This document shows positions 1 through 13,450 of a stretch of 64,000 nt of DNA, in pieces; the stretch's first letter is position 1, and each line of letters opens with the position of its first letter. Location of the stretch: contig OY253670.1 in the NCBI GenBank assembly GCA_958009085.1, positions 744,001-808,000 on the forward strand, given 5' to 3'. The notes under the pieces were generated by a model, which was not told the DNA's origin, made no database searches, and saw nothing but the letters and a program-made list of their open reading frames with translations. Source of the stretch: Protoeuglena noctilucae. Its lineage: Eukaryota. The translations under genes and the position numbers were made by a program.

Positions 1-142
1 ACCTCACAATGTTGAGGCAATGCGAGTGCCGGACTTGCCGGGTCCCGACGTCCTCGGCACGTTCCCATCGACTGTCATGGAGGAATACACGTCGCGGGCA
101 GGTGCCCTAGGGGAGACATGCGTGCAAGCCCTGTCGAAGCTC

Positions 143-3100
143 CTAGTCCACAGGTGAGTTGGGGCGCCGGTGCCCGTGCCAAGCAGCGTGACGGCTCAGA
201 GCTTCCTGAGGCGCTCCCTGCCCTTGCGCACAGGACAACAGCGTTCTCGGCGCCCGGTGCGACTCGCCGACAAGGCCCGTCACCGGGCCAGTGCACGGTG
301 AAGGCCATGCTGGCCCCACCACGGGCTGCACCACGAGGGGGCATGGGGAAAGGGAAACGGCAGGAGGTGGACTTGGCAGTGCGGCTCCGGGGACTGTGCC
401 GGGCTGTGCTAGAGCGGGAACTAGAGGTGAAGCGATGTGCTGTCTGTGACCCAAGGTGGCTCGGGGCACGTGTCTTCGCACAGCACAGCCTGCAAAGCTG
501 TGCTGTTCGCGCTTGCTTCGCAGTTGTGCGACCTCGCCCTCGGGGCCGCGGGGGTCAGGGAGGAGGCGGAGGAAGAGGGAGCGCACGAAGGAGCTCCGCA
601 GGCGGCGGCAGAGGATCTGGGACGTGCTGTGCTGGCCCATCTCCAACGCATCCGCCATGGTGGCAGCGTGCAGCTCTCCTAAGGCGTCAAGCCTAGGCTT
701 CAACGCTTGGCAGCCACGGCGACGTCACCAAAAATCAGCGGCGCTCATCCCGAACCCGCCTGCCTGGTCTGCGCCAGGCGTGGCGCCCGCATGCCGTTCT
801 GTGGCCTTCCGGTCCCCAGACCGGCGCTCCTGTCGGTCCTCCACCTCGTCGTCGAATTCCTGCAGCCATGAAGGCTTTCCAACAGCTTCAAAGCGCGTTC
901 CTGCTTGCCGCATGAGCCCCTCACGGGGTCAGGGGCGCTGCCTCACCAGGGACTGGCCGGGCCGCATGGCCATGGAAACGTGCTTTGCCGAAGAGCTCGC
1001 GCTCGACGCCACGGCCGCGCCTCCTTTGATCCCGCCCGCCGCGTCCCCCAGCGCCCGGCTCAGGATGCCCCTGCGGGCGGGGTGGCACAGCACATTGAAT
1101 GCCGGGCCCCGTCAGGGCGCACGAGCTGCACATGGAAGACCGTGGCACGCACCCGAGGCGACTCTTCCCCAGGAACGCCGTGGGCGTGGTGGCCGGCTGC
1201 GGGGGATGCGGACTCCGCAACGCCTGCCGCACCGCGCCCGCATCCGCCCTGGGACTGGCCCGCGTCGCCCCCGCGCCACGCCCGCCGGCCCCAAAGTCCG
1301 ACCCGGAGTCTGACGCCGAGTCCGAGCTCTCGCTGGATTCCAGCATCTTCCGCACGTCCTCGGGAGGGCCCCCGGCATCGTCGGCAGGCGCGGCTCGCGC
1401 GACGCTTTGCGATGGCGCCGTGGATGGGCGCGCCGCCGGGGCCATGCCGAGGTCCTCCAGGTCCTCCTCGTCGAAGCCCGGGATGCTCGTCTCGGCGGCC
1501 GTCGGTGTCGAGGCGCCCGCGGCTTTCTGCGGGCGCGGGTGCAGCGAGGCGCTGTGGTGAGCAAGGGGCGGCATGGCGTTCCATGACGGTGTCGGTGATG
1601 TGCACGCGCTTCGTGAGCTTCGCAGTTGCGCAGCGGCCCGCACCTGCAGCGCAGCCAGCGCGGAGGGCGTGGCACGGCCGCGTGCGCTCGTCGGTCGCTT
1701 GGCCACCAGAACGGTGTCCTCGGCAGCGACACCTATGGGCGGCGCCACCAGGGCGTGGGGCGTCGCGGGCCCCGCTGAGCTCCGTCCGCTGCCCCTGGGC
1801 ATCCCGAAGCCCCTCACGAACGCCATGCCGCCCCCGAAGCCGAAAGGGTCCGCCACGCCAGGGGCCGGGCTCTCCGCGACGCTCCGAGGCGACGCGGGGG
1901 TCGACGGGCGCGAGGGGGTGGCCGGGCGCGGCGCCGGTGGCTGGCCCTGCAGCATGCGACGAGCGAGACAGCTTGACGCCAACGCCCGCGCATCCCCAGG
2001 TCAGACCGTCGGTGCCCCTGGCACCCCAAGCCACGTCACCTGCGCCTTCCGCGCGTCCCCCGCGGCCCTTTGCTCTGCCTCCAGCTCCCTCTGCAGCGCC
2101 TGCTTCCTCCGCGCCATCTCCTCCTCCCACTCCTGGCGCCTCGCCTCGCGGACCTCCGGGAGAGTGTCGGCAGAGAGCGCCGCGGAGTCCTCGACGCCGT
2201 CCGATGAGTCGGAGACGCGGCCCTGGCGCACTGAAGTGGCGGGTGCGCCATCGTCTGAATCAGAGACGCGGCCCGGGCGCACCGAGGTCGCGAGGGCACC
2301 CTCGTCGGAGCCACCTCGCACGTCGGGATGCCCCGGAAGTTGGGCAGGACCGTGCGTGCCCGCTTGGCTCCTTGCTTGACTACCCGTCTGGCTACCGGCT
2401 TGGCTCCTTGCTTGACTACCTGTCTGGCTACCGGCTTGGCTTCTTGCTTGGCTCCCCGCTTGACTGCCACCTTGGCTGCCCTCCTGCGGCACATGCCGCT
2501 GAGAGCTCGCGCGCGACGAGGACCCGCTGCTCGCACGAGGCCAGTCCGCCACCGCCCGGCTGCGACCACAGATGAGAGGGGTGGCGTCGCACACGCAGCG
2601 GTCGACTCAGTTGACCCTCCACCCAAGACCCCTAGCCTCTGGCACCTGTCGCCCAGTCGTGGGTCGAACTCCGCACTAGACTCCTGGAGCAGCGACCTGC
2701 CCAACTTTGACGGCGACGCCCCTCGCGGCTTGCTAGTTGACGCCTGCCCAGGCGCAGCTGAGGTTTGCACCTCGGTCCCCTCCTCCCACTCGGCCCCCTC
2801 CGCTCCCGTGAGGCTGGACGGCGAGGCGCTCACTCCGCGCCCGGCGGACGACGGCTCGGGCGACTCGCGGAAGTCGCGCAGCGCATCGAACCCCGCGCCC
2901 GCACGCACGGCGCTCGCGGGCCCGTGCGCAGACGCACCCCTCCCCACCCCAGCACCCGCAGCGCGCTCGGACACGCCGGGAGTCCGCAACGGCGTCTCGC
3001 TGACTTCGAGGCGTCCCCTGGACATGGAAGGGTCCTGAGAGTCGTCGACAACATGTACGTGGCTCATCGGCAGGTCCATCCCAACAATCGAGCCTCCCCC

Positions 3101-3487
3101 GCTCGGGGGCGACCCCGCCCACGGCTCGTCCTCTTGACCCTCTGCCGCGGCACTCCACTCCGCTCCGCGATGGGCCCCGTCCCTGTCCACCGAGCCTCGC
3201 ACCACCTCGTCCTCACTGGCGCTGCCACGGAGGCCCACCGCTGGGCCTGGATCCCGGTTAGAGACCACGGAACGCTTGCTTCCACTGTAGTCACTGCCCG
3301 ACGCGCCCGCGCTCTCGCCGACGTGGCCGGGAGACCGGATGTTGTCCGCAGCTCTCGCCGCGCTTTGCTGCCCTGCCGTGGCTGCTGGGCCGGGAATAGC
3401 CCCTGGCTGCCGCCCAAGACCAGCAGCCCCGGAACCTCCGTCTTCGTCTCCCTGCGCGGGCAGACGTTCCGTCAGTTCGCTGTCCAC
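143..3487 (-). CDS. Hypothetical multi-exon low-complexity / coiled-coil protein (boundaries uncertain; may join the gene upstream)
   Basis: Long acidic, Ser/Gly-rich minus-strand ORFs (2036..3487, 2001..2594, 921..1982) are joinable through GT-AG sites, e.g. GAC AG|gtgcca...tcgcag|C. There is a coiled-coil segment EARRQEWEEEMARRKQALQRELEAEQR. No recognisable domain. Confidence 0.4.
2362..2480 (-). repeat. Coding tandem repeat (36-bp unit built from 12-bp subunits) encoding GSQ(A/T/G)/RSQA tetrapeptides
   Basis: gcttggctccttgcttgactacc(c/t)gtctggctaccg occurs twice, followed by degenerate copies. It translates as SQGGSQAGSQARSQAGSQTGSQARSQAGSQTGSQARSQ. Confidence 0.85.
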
Positions 3488-3494
3488 AGACCTT

Positions 3495-5495
3495 CACACT
3501 TTCTTTGCCATCGACTGCTGCGGGTACACCACAGGGACCCCCTGTGGCACACCACAAGCCGCAGGGGCAGCTTTCGACTCGCCTCGTTGTTCGCCCCGGG
3601 AGTCTCAGCAGTCACGGCGACCTCCGCAGGACGAGGGCCCTCGTCCCCGTACCGGGCCACAGACCTCGGCCTCGCAGGGGGTCGTGTGGCCACTGCCGCC
3701 CTGGGAGCAGCCCGCTCTGGCCCCACTCCCGGCCCCAGCTCGCCGCCCGACCCTGCATCGACTCTCTCGACGCGCGTGTCGTGCGCGCCTGGCGTCAACC
3801 CGCCCCTGTGCACCGACACCTGCAGCGGGGCGGGCACTCGGAGCCCCCGAGCGAACTCTGCTGGCGGCTCGAACGCCCGGCTGCTGCGTTGCTCGGTGGC
3901 GGCACGATGCATCCGCTCGCCGATGCTCTCCAACGAGCCCCGCAGCTCCAGAGACTCTGCGAGGACAGAGCACACATGCACGCGGTGTGGACAAATGTGA
4001 GCGAAGCAAAATCACTTGTCGAGTGCCAGAATGATTGATAAACATGCACCATCCATGAAGTGTGGGCCAGCGACGAAGGTGCTACCCGCCAACGTGCCCG
4101 CTCCCTCGTCCCGCGCAGCCAGAAGCACCCATCGCTTACACCCCGGCAAGCACGCACCCCGGGTCAGAGGCTCCATTCGATCCATGTGAGCCGCCAGTCC
4201 CGCGGTGGCCATCCGCCGGTGCTCCAAATCCAACGCCGCCGTTTGCTCGACCTCGGCGTTCGCTTGGAGGAGCATCTCTGTCTGTTCCCTGCAAGCAGAG
4301 CCGATGCTCGTGATAGCCGTGACGTGCCCAGGCACTTCCCCTGTGGGCTGCGCCAGTCCACCCCGCGCTCGCCATACCTGTCGCGTTCGACGCGTCTCCT
4401 CGACGCCGCCGCGCACTCCATCGCCCACGGCCCGGCCAGCTCCCGCACCCGCGCCACGTACGCGTCCTTTGCGGACTGCAGCACCGCCTGACTCTGCAGC
4501 GTCGAGGCACGCAGCTTCCGAATATCCGTGACGGCCTTCTTCGTGTCCGCGAGCAGCTTGCTCCGGCGTTCGCGGGAAGTAACACGGGAGCTCTCTGCAG
4601 GGATGGGGACCCGAAGGTGGGTCCAGGGCCCGCATCTGGGGCAGCACAGGCCCGGGAGAGGACAGGCATGCTGAGCTCCTTACCGAGGGCGGCAATCTCG
4701 CGCTCCATCGCGAGCGCGACGAGCCTGGGCTCGTCTGTGCGCATCGCAGTGAGGGTTTCCACCTGGGCGCGGCGCGCGCGCAGCTCGGCAACAGTCCGCG
4801 CGAGCTCCTCGCGTCGGAATATCGCTTCCACATCTGGAATTGAGGTCCAAGGAGTTGTCTGTCGCCCCTGTGCCGCGTGGCTAGGCCTGGTATTCATGGA
4901 CCACCTGGCCGCACGCACCTGCTTGCATGTCGCCGTGGACGACCTCCAGCGCGGACTCGTATCTCGACGGAGATGCGATGGACAGCGCATTCTCGCTGAA
5001 AGGCGGCATGGAACCCACGCTCGGCGCCATCAGCTGTTGCGACAATTTTTTGAATGGCCCGGCAGGGCCGTGTGCCACCGGCGGGCGGGGCGGGCGCCAG
5101 CGTTGTAGCTTGAATGCACTGTGCATCTGGCGGTGTTGGATGCACTGCTGCTGTGTCTGGCTGGCTGGCACTCTCTGACGCAAGTGCGTCGGCCAGGTCT
5201 AGTACAATCCCGGCTCCTACGCCGCGGGCTAAGCAACGCCTGGGCATCCCCGCCAGTGGCTACCTCCCGTGGCTTTGCCTTTCACTCTGGGTTCTCGCTG
5301 TGCATCAATCAAGCAGGTCTCTGGGCTCAATCGCTGTGGAGGCATCGCTTCGTCAACCTGCTGAAGCTCTTCCGGAAGTGGGCGGTTTGCCAGAGCGCAG
5401 AGGACCCTATCTGCGGGCCGGGGCAGGTGCGAGCGATGTTGGATCACATCCAGGCCCGCTGTGGCGGGAGAAAGCGCCCTAAACTCGGATGCCAT
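3495..5495 (-). CDS. Hypothetical multi-exon protein with coiled-coil segments
   Basis: Probable start MASEFRALSP at 5495. Exons are joined by GT-AG, e.g. DMQA G|gtgcgt...ttccag|AT VEAIFRREELARTVAELRARRAQVETL. No family recognised. Confidence 0.4.
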
Positions 5496-5884
5496 CTCAC
5501 TGAATCGCATTCACTGCAGAGACGTCAGGGACCCTGGACGGCTGGCTGCGACGCAATAGATGGCCGCAGGGGGCCCGGGGTGAGAGCGTTCTCATGGTTG
5601 CAATCCGCCGAGCGATGCCGAGCGTCTGATGTTCTCACGTCTGTCTGCAATGACCTCGCTGCAGGCCCGGGGGGAGCAGGGACCCCAAGGCCGAGCCCAG
5701 GGTCGCCGTCGCGGAGGGCGGCAGTCGAGCGTTCCGCGTCCTCAACTTCGAACTGTACGCCAAGCCTACGCGGGTCATGCGCGCACTGGGCTACGTCGGA
5801 TCGACCGCGGCGCTCGGCATGGCCGTCTACATGATCCTGGCGATGGATGGCGACGACTAGGTCGGCCGCCTCGTCGCGACTGCG

Positions 5885-8170
5885 CTAACTCCGCCACAGC
5901 TTGACCACCTTGTCCCGCCCCCCGCTCGCGACCGACTGGCCGTCGGGTGACCAGTCGACGGCGAACACCTCGTCCGAGTGCCCCGGCAGGTCGCCCCGCA
6001 GCTTCCGGGTGCGGACCTCCCACACCTGCAGCAAGAGATGCACTGCTAGGTCGCCACCGCGCACGCTACGCCTCGTTTCCGCTAGCTCCGCGCCGCACGC
6101 ATCTCGCCCACCTTGAGGGTCGAGTCCTTGGACCCTGACACCAGCTGCCGGGAGTCTGCAGACCATGCGACTTGGTACACAGGGCCGACGTGGCCGCGGA
6201 GGCTGGTCACGAACTTTCCCGTCATGCCGTTCCACAGCTGCGAGACGAAAGGTGCTCGTCACGCTTTGCACACAGCGATAAGACATGACTCGCTGCCCAC
6301 AATCGCAGCAGGCGCCATGGTGGCCCAGCAGGCCTTGCCTTGACGGACTTGTCGAAACTGGCGCTGGCGATCCACATACCGTTGGGTGAGAAGGCGACCT
6401 GATTCACGAGCTGCAGAGGCGAGGGGGCGGCCTATGCGATGCCCGGCCAAACGTGCTTCGCAGCACACCCGCGCACGCCGTGCGCCTGGCAGGCCCTCTC
6501 TCACCTGCTGATGCCCCGTCATCCTCGTCACCGGCTTCGTCGACTTGAAGGGCTCCCACAAGAAGAGCGTGAAGTCGTCAGAGCCGGAAACAAGCCGCTC
6601 CGGCTGCCCTCCCGTCGCTTCCTGGTACCTCTTCTTCGCCGCCGCCTGCGCTCGTGACGCGGAGAGCCGTCAACAATGCCGAGCGCAGCCACCTCTCGCT
6701 TGCTACAGAGACAACTTCCCATGGCGCGCCACCACCCATGGCATCCCACCACGCACCTTCGCCTCCTCGTCACCCTCTGGACGCTCCCCGCGGTGATCGA
6801 AGGGACCCGTGCGCAGCACGTAGTCACTGGACAGCGCCAGGGTATTCACCCAGTGCCCGTGCCCTTGGAGCGTCCGCACGCACTTGCCGTCCTGTGCGTC
6901 CCATACCCGGATTGCCCCGTCACGCCCGCCGGAGAATATCAAGCCCTCGCCCCCCCACTTGACGCTGCTGACGGGCTTAGTGTGGCCCGACAGCGTCATC
7001 ACCGCCCGCCGCGTGTCGGCGTCCCACACCCGCACCGAACCGTCGTGACCCCCCGACGCGAACCGTCGGCTCGGCCACGCGAGGTGAGCCGGCTCCCACG
7101 CGATGCCCATGACGCTCTTCTTATGGCCCAAGCACTTCCCCCGCAGCGCTGCAGTCTCGGGGTCCCACACGCAAACGGCTCCCTCCATGCCCCCGCTGCA
7201 AGCAGTGGAAGCCACGGTGGGTGGCAAGGAGGGCACCTGCGTGCCCCACGCAAGCCACGGACTGACCGAGACGCACCTCGCCACGTAGCGTCCGTCGGGC
7301 GAGAAGGCGATGCACATCACCCAATTGGTATGACCCTTGGCTGTCTCCTTGGGCAGCTGCGTATTGAGGTCCCAGAAGCGGACAGTCGTGTCCCCCGACC
7401 CTGCGGACGAGGCAGGCGCCACGCTGGCACCATACAGTGCGCGGCTTACAATCCACGCGGCATCCAGAATGCCCCGTGCCGCACCTGTGCAGAGCTCCTT
7501 GCCGTCTGGGGAAAATGCGACCGACAGGACGTTCTCCGTGTGCCCGGGCATGGATGCTGTGCACCTCGTGACGGGACGCACGTGGAATACGGCCTGGGGC
7601 TGGTAGACGACCGTGATGGTCGACTCCACGGACACCTGCAGCCGCGTCGTAGTGAAGCGGTGATGATTGATCGTCGGGCGAGCATCGGGCAGCCGCCCGC
7701 ATCACGCCCAATCCTTTGCGACGTTACCTTGAACTCGCTGAGGTGCTGCACGAGGTCCGCGGCGATCTGCTCGCCGTCGATGAAGAAGGAAAAGGTCATG
7801 GGCTCGTCATTGGACAGCAACTTGTTTAGCAGCGTGTGCAGTTGCTGCGTGGTGACATCCAGCGGAACCTCCACGGGCTGCTGCAGCGTCTCCCCCGTGC
7901 TGCGGTCGCGGCGGGGCGTCGCGGGGTCGTCTCACGCGCCGTGCGCCGGCTCCAGCGCGCTGGGAAGGGCGTATCGCGTGGAAGCGCTGGCGATGCTAAG
8001 CTGCACAAACATATCTCTTCACTGGCTCAACCAGCGCGCTCTCGCAAGGCGGCTGCATATCGCGCAGAGCCCAGCAGTCGGCACCTGCTCTGGAACCGGA
8101 GGACCGCGGCGCTTCCCGCCGGGACGACCGGCTCCTCTGCTTTTCGCTTCTTCGTGCTTTGTTTGCTCAT
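5885..8170 (-). CDS. NLE1: Notchless homolog 1 (NLE domain + WD40 repeats; ribosome biogenesis, Rsa4 family)
   Basis: NLE domain (VPLDVTTQQLHTLLNKLL...FSFFIDG), YQPQAVFHVRPVTRCTASMPGH, GHGHWVNTLALSSDYVLRTGPFDH and C-terminal DLPGHSDEVFAVDWSPDG...LWRS. About 9 exons join in frame. Confidence 0.95.
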
Positions 8171-8535
8171 GGTTGGGACCAAGCGTCTCCCAGGCCTCAG
8201 CCGCTGCGCCGCCACAACCCCGCGCGCCCTCGCTCACGACCAGGCACCGCACAGGCGACCTCTCAACTCCAGCTGAAGACGCCAAGTTGTCACACACCAA
8301 AGATTGCAAAGTACCGGGCGTTGCTCTCGCGTGCCCGTGGGGTCTCCGAATCCCTAAAGGGGCGTCAAGTTAGGTCAGGGCACTTGCGGTGCCCTGAGGA
8401 CCTCGACGACGCAGGACGTTCACCCCGAGCATCGCCACTACTTGCGGGATGTTCCAACTGGGCCGTCGAACATAGCCATTCCAGTTCGTCGTCGGTCAGG
8501 GGCGAGCTGCTGCTGCATGCGTCATTGAAGGGGCG

Positions 8536-11500
8536 ATGACGGCGTCCTCCGCCCCCGCGCCGGGGACCTACGAGCGGGGCAAGGCAGTTCAGATCATAAA
8601 CCACGAGGGTCTCGTCGAGGAGGGCAGCTTGGAGACGTTCCTGAGGGAGGGCGGGGTCCTGAGCGCAGGCGAGGGCCATCGGGATCGCGCATTGCATCTC
8701 CCGCACCTCTGGGACACAGAATTTCGTGGATGATTGGGTCTGCCTGCCCTCGCTCCGCCCTTGCGTCCCCGGGGGCACAACAGGGAACATTGTTTCCCAG
8801 AGCCCCGCAGCGATCTCAAAATGCACGGCCTGGCCCGCAGGCGTGGACTATGGGATCGTGGCGATCATTGGGCCCCAGAGCAGTGGGAAGTCGACTCTCC
8901 TGAATCGTGTTTTCGGGACGCAGGTGGGTGGCACTGCGCCCCCGCTGGGCCCCCGCGCCCGCTGGCCGGCCGAGCTCGTCGCGCGCCATTGGCGGTCGCG
9001 CATTCGATGTTGTGACCGCTCGAGATTTGAGCCCCTGCCGCAGTTCGCGGAGATGGACGCGCTGAAGGGCCGGAACCAAACGACGAAGGGCGTGTGGGCC
9101 TCGACCGCGGCGACGATCGACAGATGCACGGTCATCATTGACTGCGAGGTGCCTCATGCGAAGAAGCGCACTTGCGGCGAGCGCCGGTGCTTTCGGCGCG
9201 ACGCACGAGGTCAGCAGGGGTGGCGCGGCACAAAGTGCTTCAGGGCGTTGTGCGCTGCAGGGGAGCGACGGCCGGGAGCGCGGCGAGGACGACACGGCGT
9301 TCGAGAAGAAGACCGCGCTGCTTTCGCTGGCGATGGCCGACGTGGTCCTCATCAACATCTGGTGCCACGACGTCGGGCGCGAGCATGGGGCGGGCAAGCC
9401 CCTCTTGAAGACGGTCATCCAGGCGAGTGCCCGGGCGCGCTCCGAAGCGTCCAGATCGCTCGGCGCGTCCTCAGCGCGCCGCGCCTGCACCGCAGGTCAA
9501 CCTGAAGCTCTTCCGCCCGAGTCGGCGCACGATGCTGGCCTTCGTCATTCGCGACAAGACCAAGACGCCGATGGAGAAGCTCCAGGAGATTCTTTTGGAA
9601 GATGTCCAGGTCTGTACACGAGACACTCCAGCGCAGGGTCTCAGGCGTGCCCCGGCCCCGCCCGGCCCGCGCATCGAGACACAGCGGCCCCCATCTGTGC
9701 AGGCGATTTGGTCGTCCATTGAGAAGCCCGCCAGCTACAAGGACGCGGGGTTCAGGGACTTGTTCGACACGCACTTCATCGGCCTGCCCTCCTACGAGCT
9801 CAGCGAGCAGGCCTTTACCGAAGCGTGTGAGGGATTCCGGCAGCTCTTCTCCACCGACTGTCTCCTTCCCCCGGACGGGAGCAAGATCCCCGGCTCAGGG
9901 TTCGCCCTCGACCTCGGCAACATGTGGGACATGATCAACAAGAACCGCGACATCAACATTCCCGCCCACCGCATCCTGGTGCGCCCCGGCGCCGCCAGCA
10001 GCACTGATAGCATCGGTGTCTCACAGAAGCGCCGTTGGCATTGCCGTAGCTCATGACGGGTGACAATTACCCCTCGGGAGCTCGCTTGACTCGCAGGTGG
10101 CGCAGATGCGCTGCGGGCAGGTGGCGCGGGAGCAAGCGGAGGCGTTCCAGGCCAGCGAGGCATGGCGGTCCCTACGGTGAGATTGGCCACGCCACTTGGA
10201 CCTCGCGGCTGACTCGGACATGGACATGAACATTGCGAGACCATATGGTGACCACACTAGGAGTCGTTATGGGACGCCTGGGACCGAGGTGTCGTGCGTG
10301 TGTGCGCAGGAGCCAGTGCGAGGCGTCGATCGAGGCTGGGGCTGACATGGGGCCTCGCCTGGAGGATATCTACCTGCGCCACGCGGAGGCCTATCAGGAG
10401 GAAACGCAGCTGTTCGACGCCGAGGTCCGGGAGCACTACCGGATGCAGCTGGCAGAGGACATTTTCTCACAGGTGCGGGGGGCAGCGTGTCGCGCGACGC
10501 AAGGCGGCATGCGCAGGTGCAGGTGGGTGCCTGTCCGGGGTGCCCAGTCACGGCATCCGTGGTGCTTACGAGCGTCCGGGGCTTGAGGTGTCTCCAGGCA
10601 CTGCAGCTCTTCCACGACCAGTTAGACCGGTGGATGAAGGCCCGGGTGGCTGCCATTCAGAAGCGGGCGGGGGACTTTGGGCGCGGGGAGTTCGCTCGGC
10701 GGCTTCGGGAGGAGGTGCAGGCGGCCAAGGGCGAGCTGAGGTGCGGGCGCTTGCCGGGTGTCGCTGCGCGTGGGGGCTGCGAGCAGCTGCCCAGAGAAGG
10801 CAGATGAGGAAGGGGCCGTGTCTGCAGGGACGTGCTGGGGACGTTTGTGCCGGACAGCGCGCCCTGGAGCGCTAACCAGTACCACGAGTCGGGCAGCAGG
10901 AAGCTCGACCGGTCGGCGCAGAAGATCAGCGACGCGCGCGTGTTGCGGGAGGTGGAGCAGGTGCGGTGCGCGTGTGGATGCCACGCGCACTGATCAATGC
11001 AGGCTTGGAGACCTCTCAGGCATATAGAGTCGACGCGGTTCTGCGTCTCTGCAGGTGTTTGAGAGTCACGCGTCATCCTGCAGCACGTCCCTCCGTCAGC
11101 TCCTCTTCGCGCCTGGGGGCGGCTTCTGGGACAAGGCCACGTCGATATGCACGACGGCGGGGGCGCAGGCCAAGTCCGAGCTGGAAACGTGGCTCGCGGG
11201 GTTCGAACTCAGCGCAGAGGATGCGGAGAAGGTGAGAAGGGTGCCGCGTGTGGTTGAGTCATATGATGTTTCACCAGTGCATCCACAGGCACCACGTCGT
11301 GCGGGTGCTCTTGCCCAGTCTGTCCGTGCCTTGGATGATGGCCTTTGTGTAATAATCTGTCCGTTGCAGGTGCGCGCCGAGGTGGACCGTCGTGCGTGGG
11401 CGGTGCTGGACGCCTTTCTGGCCCAGTGCCTGGCCAACCTGGGGGGCACGCTCCGGGAGGTGTTCATGGAGCTGTTCGTCAAGGACGAGGCCGGGGCGGT

Positions 11501-13245
11501 GCGCTCGTGGAAGCCGGGGGAAGACATCAAGGTGACGGCGAGGAGCTGCCTCACTACTGGTCTTTTGCATGGGAACTGCATTGCCGGGGTCGTCGCCATG
11601 CACCTCACCGTTCCAGATGCTTAGAATCGCAGCCATACACCTCACCGCGTTAGGTGCTTTCGGCTTGCAGAAGCTGGGGGAGGACGCACGGATGGCGGCC
11701 GCGTCGATGCTGGCGGCGCTGTGCGTGGACCAACGCGACGTGGCGCAGGAGACGCGGCTGGGGCTGGAGCGCTCCGTGGTGGACTTCGTTGTCGAGAACG
11801 GTGCGTGGCGCTCGCTGGGTCGTACCTAGGTCGGGGTCCCATTGGGGCGTGCGACGCAAGTGTGGCGCAGGGTGTCGCACCTCGCAGCTTGCTCTCCTCA
11901 TTCCACGCCCATGACTGCCCCTCTGCAGCGGGGTTGCGGGGCGCTCCTCGTCCCAAGCACCTGTCCGGCGTGAGGCCTCTCGTGGACCTCACTGCCGCGC
12001 ACTACTGGGACGGAGTGCCCGGGGGCGCCGTGCGGGTGCCGCCCAGCCTGTGCCGGTCGACCTGGCGGCAGTTCGTGCAGGTCAGCGACGCCAGACTGTG
12101 GTGTTGGTGCTGCAGCGTGCGCATGTGCGTTTGTCACCAACGAGATTGGGCGCTCACCATCGCTGCTTTCCTCGAACGCAGGACACGTCGATGGGGATCC
12201 AGAGTGCGATTGCGACGCAGGAGGCTAAGGAGATGGCGTCGCGAAGGGCGCCGCCCCTGGTGCGTGTGCTTTACACATGCCGCGCGTACGCGCAGCCCCT
12301 CCTTTGTGCGGACACCGGGCTGCTTGGGAGGGATCGGTGAGAGCGAGACTGGTCATCTAGAGACGCCCTCAGTGCTTTTGTCGACTGTTGCGCGCAGTGG
12401 GCGTTGGCAGCCATGGTCGTGCTGGGGTGGAATGAGGCCATGGCGCTTCTCCGGAGCCCACTGGCGCTGCTGGGAGTCGCCGCTGTGGTCTACCTCCTGG
12501 TGAGAGCTGCCGCTGGCGGGCTGCCGTCGCTCAACGGGCAACACGTCAGTGGTCGTCCACATTGTCAGCCCTTCCTGCGGCCAGCCGACCTCCCTGTCCC
12601 ACGGTCGCAGTGGAGCCTGTATCGGGAGGTGGATCTGGACCACTTGGTCCAAGAGCGCGGTTGGGTCGGGGGCCTCGTGTCGGTAGGCGCGAAGATCCAT
12701 CCGGCGCTGAACAAGGTCTGCTCCAACATGTTCGGTGCGTGCACGAACATGGCGTCTGTTCATCCCTGAGCATTGCGAGAGGTGCTATACAGGCTGAGCT
12801 TCATCCCGGTCAGCGCGCCGTGGTCCGCAGAGACGGCGAGGCGCATCACGGAGGACCCCGCGTCGGCCATCCGGTCGGCGCAGCGGCAGGGCATGCGGAG
12901 AAAGGCGGAGGCGAGCGACGCCGTGGAGATGTCGCGGCAGGGGGCAGGCGGCACCGGGAGCAGGAGCAGCCACCCAGCTGCGGCGCAGGCGGGGACGAAC
13001 GGGCACGGCAACGGGGCGACGGGATCGGACGAAAGTGAGTGCAGGGCGGGTCCCTGCGTTTACGCTGCACGCACCCCGTGCCACGTTGGCAGCGTGGCAG
13101 CACTCACACTACCCCGGCTGTCTCCTCGCCTTCAGCGACGTTCGTGACGGGGCAGGGGTGGACCGACGATTCACAGCCCATGCCGCGGTGCCTGGACTGG
13201 GACGCGGTGTCGGAGGAGTCATGGGCAGACCGCAAGTCCAAGTAG
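8536..13245 (+). CDS. RHD3: RHD3/SEY1 atlastin-like ER-fusion GTPase
   Basis: P-loop [13 protein letters not shown]2 [48 protein letters not shown] and the C-terminal membrane hairpin [18 protein letters not shown]. About 19 exons join in frame. The last exon (ending DRKSK*) is less certain. Confidence 0.93.
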
Positions 13246-13450
13246 CAGGCTGCCATTGCCTGGCATCGGCTGAATCTAGCGTCACAACAGTGCCGGTTCC
13301 GGCTCAGCCTTTCAAATGTGGTCGCGCCGGTAGAAGAGGTCCGCTAGAGTAGAGTGTGGGGCGCTCTGCGCGAGCCGCCGTGGCAGGTCATGGTGGTAGA
13401 AAACAGGTCAAGCTACGCAAGGGTCCGAACCGAGCACGGGGCTCGCCCAC

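Noticed and set aside
2362..2480. 36-bp repeats as a CRISPR array
   Set aside because: The units are directly adjacent with no unique spacers, lie in coding sequence, and have no cas genes nearby in a eukaryotic context.
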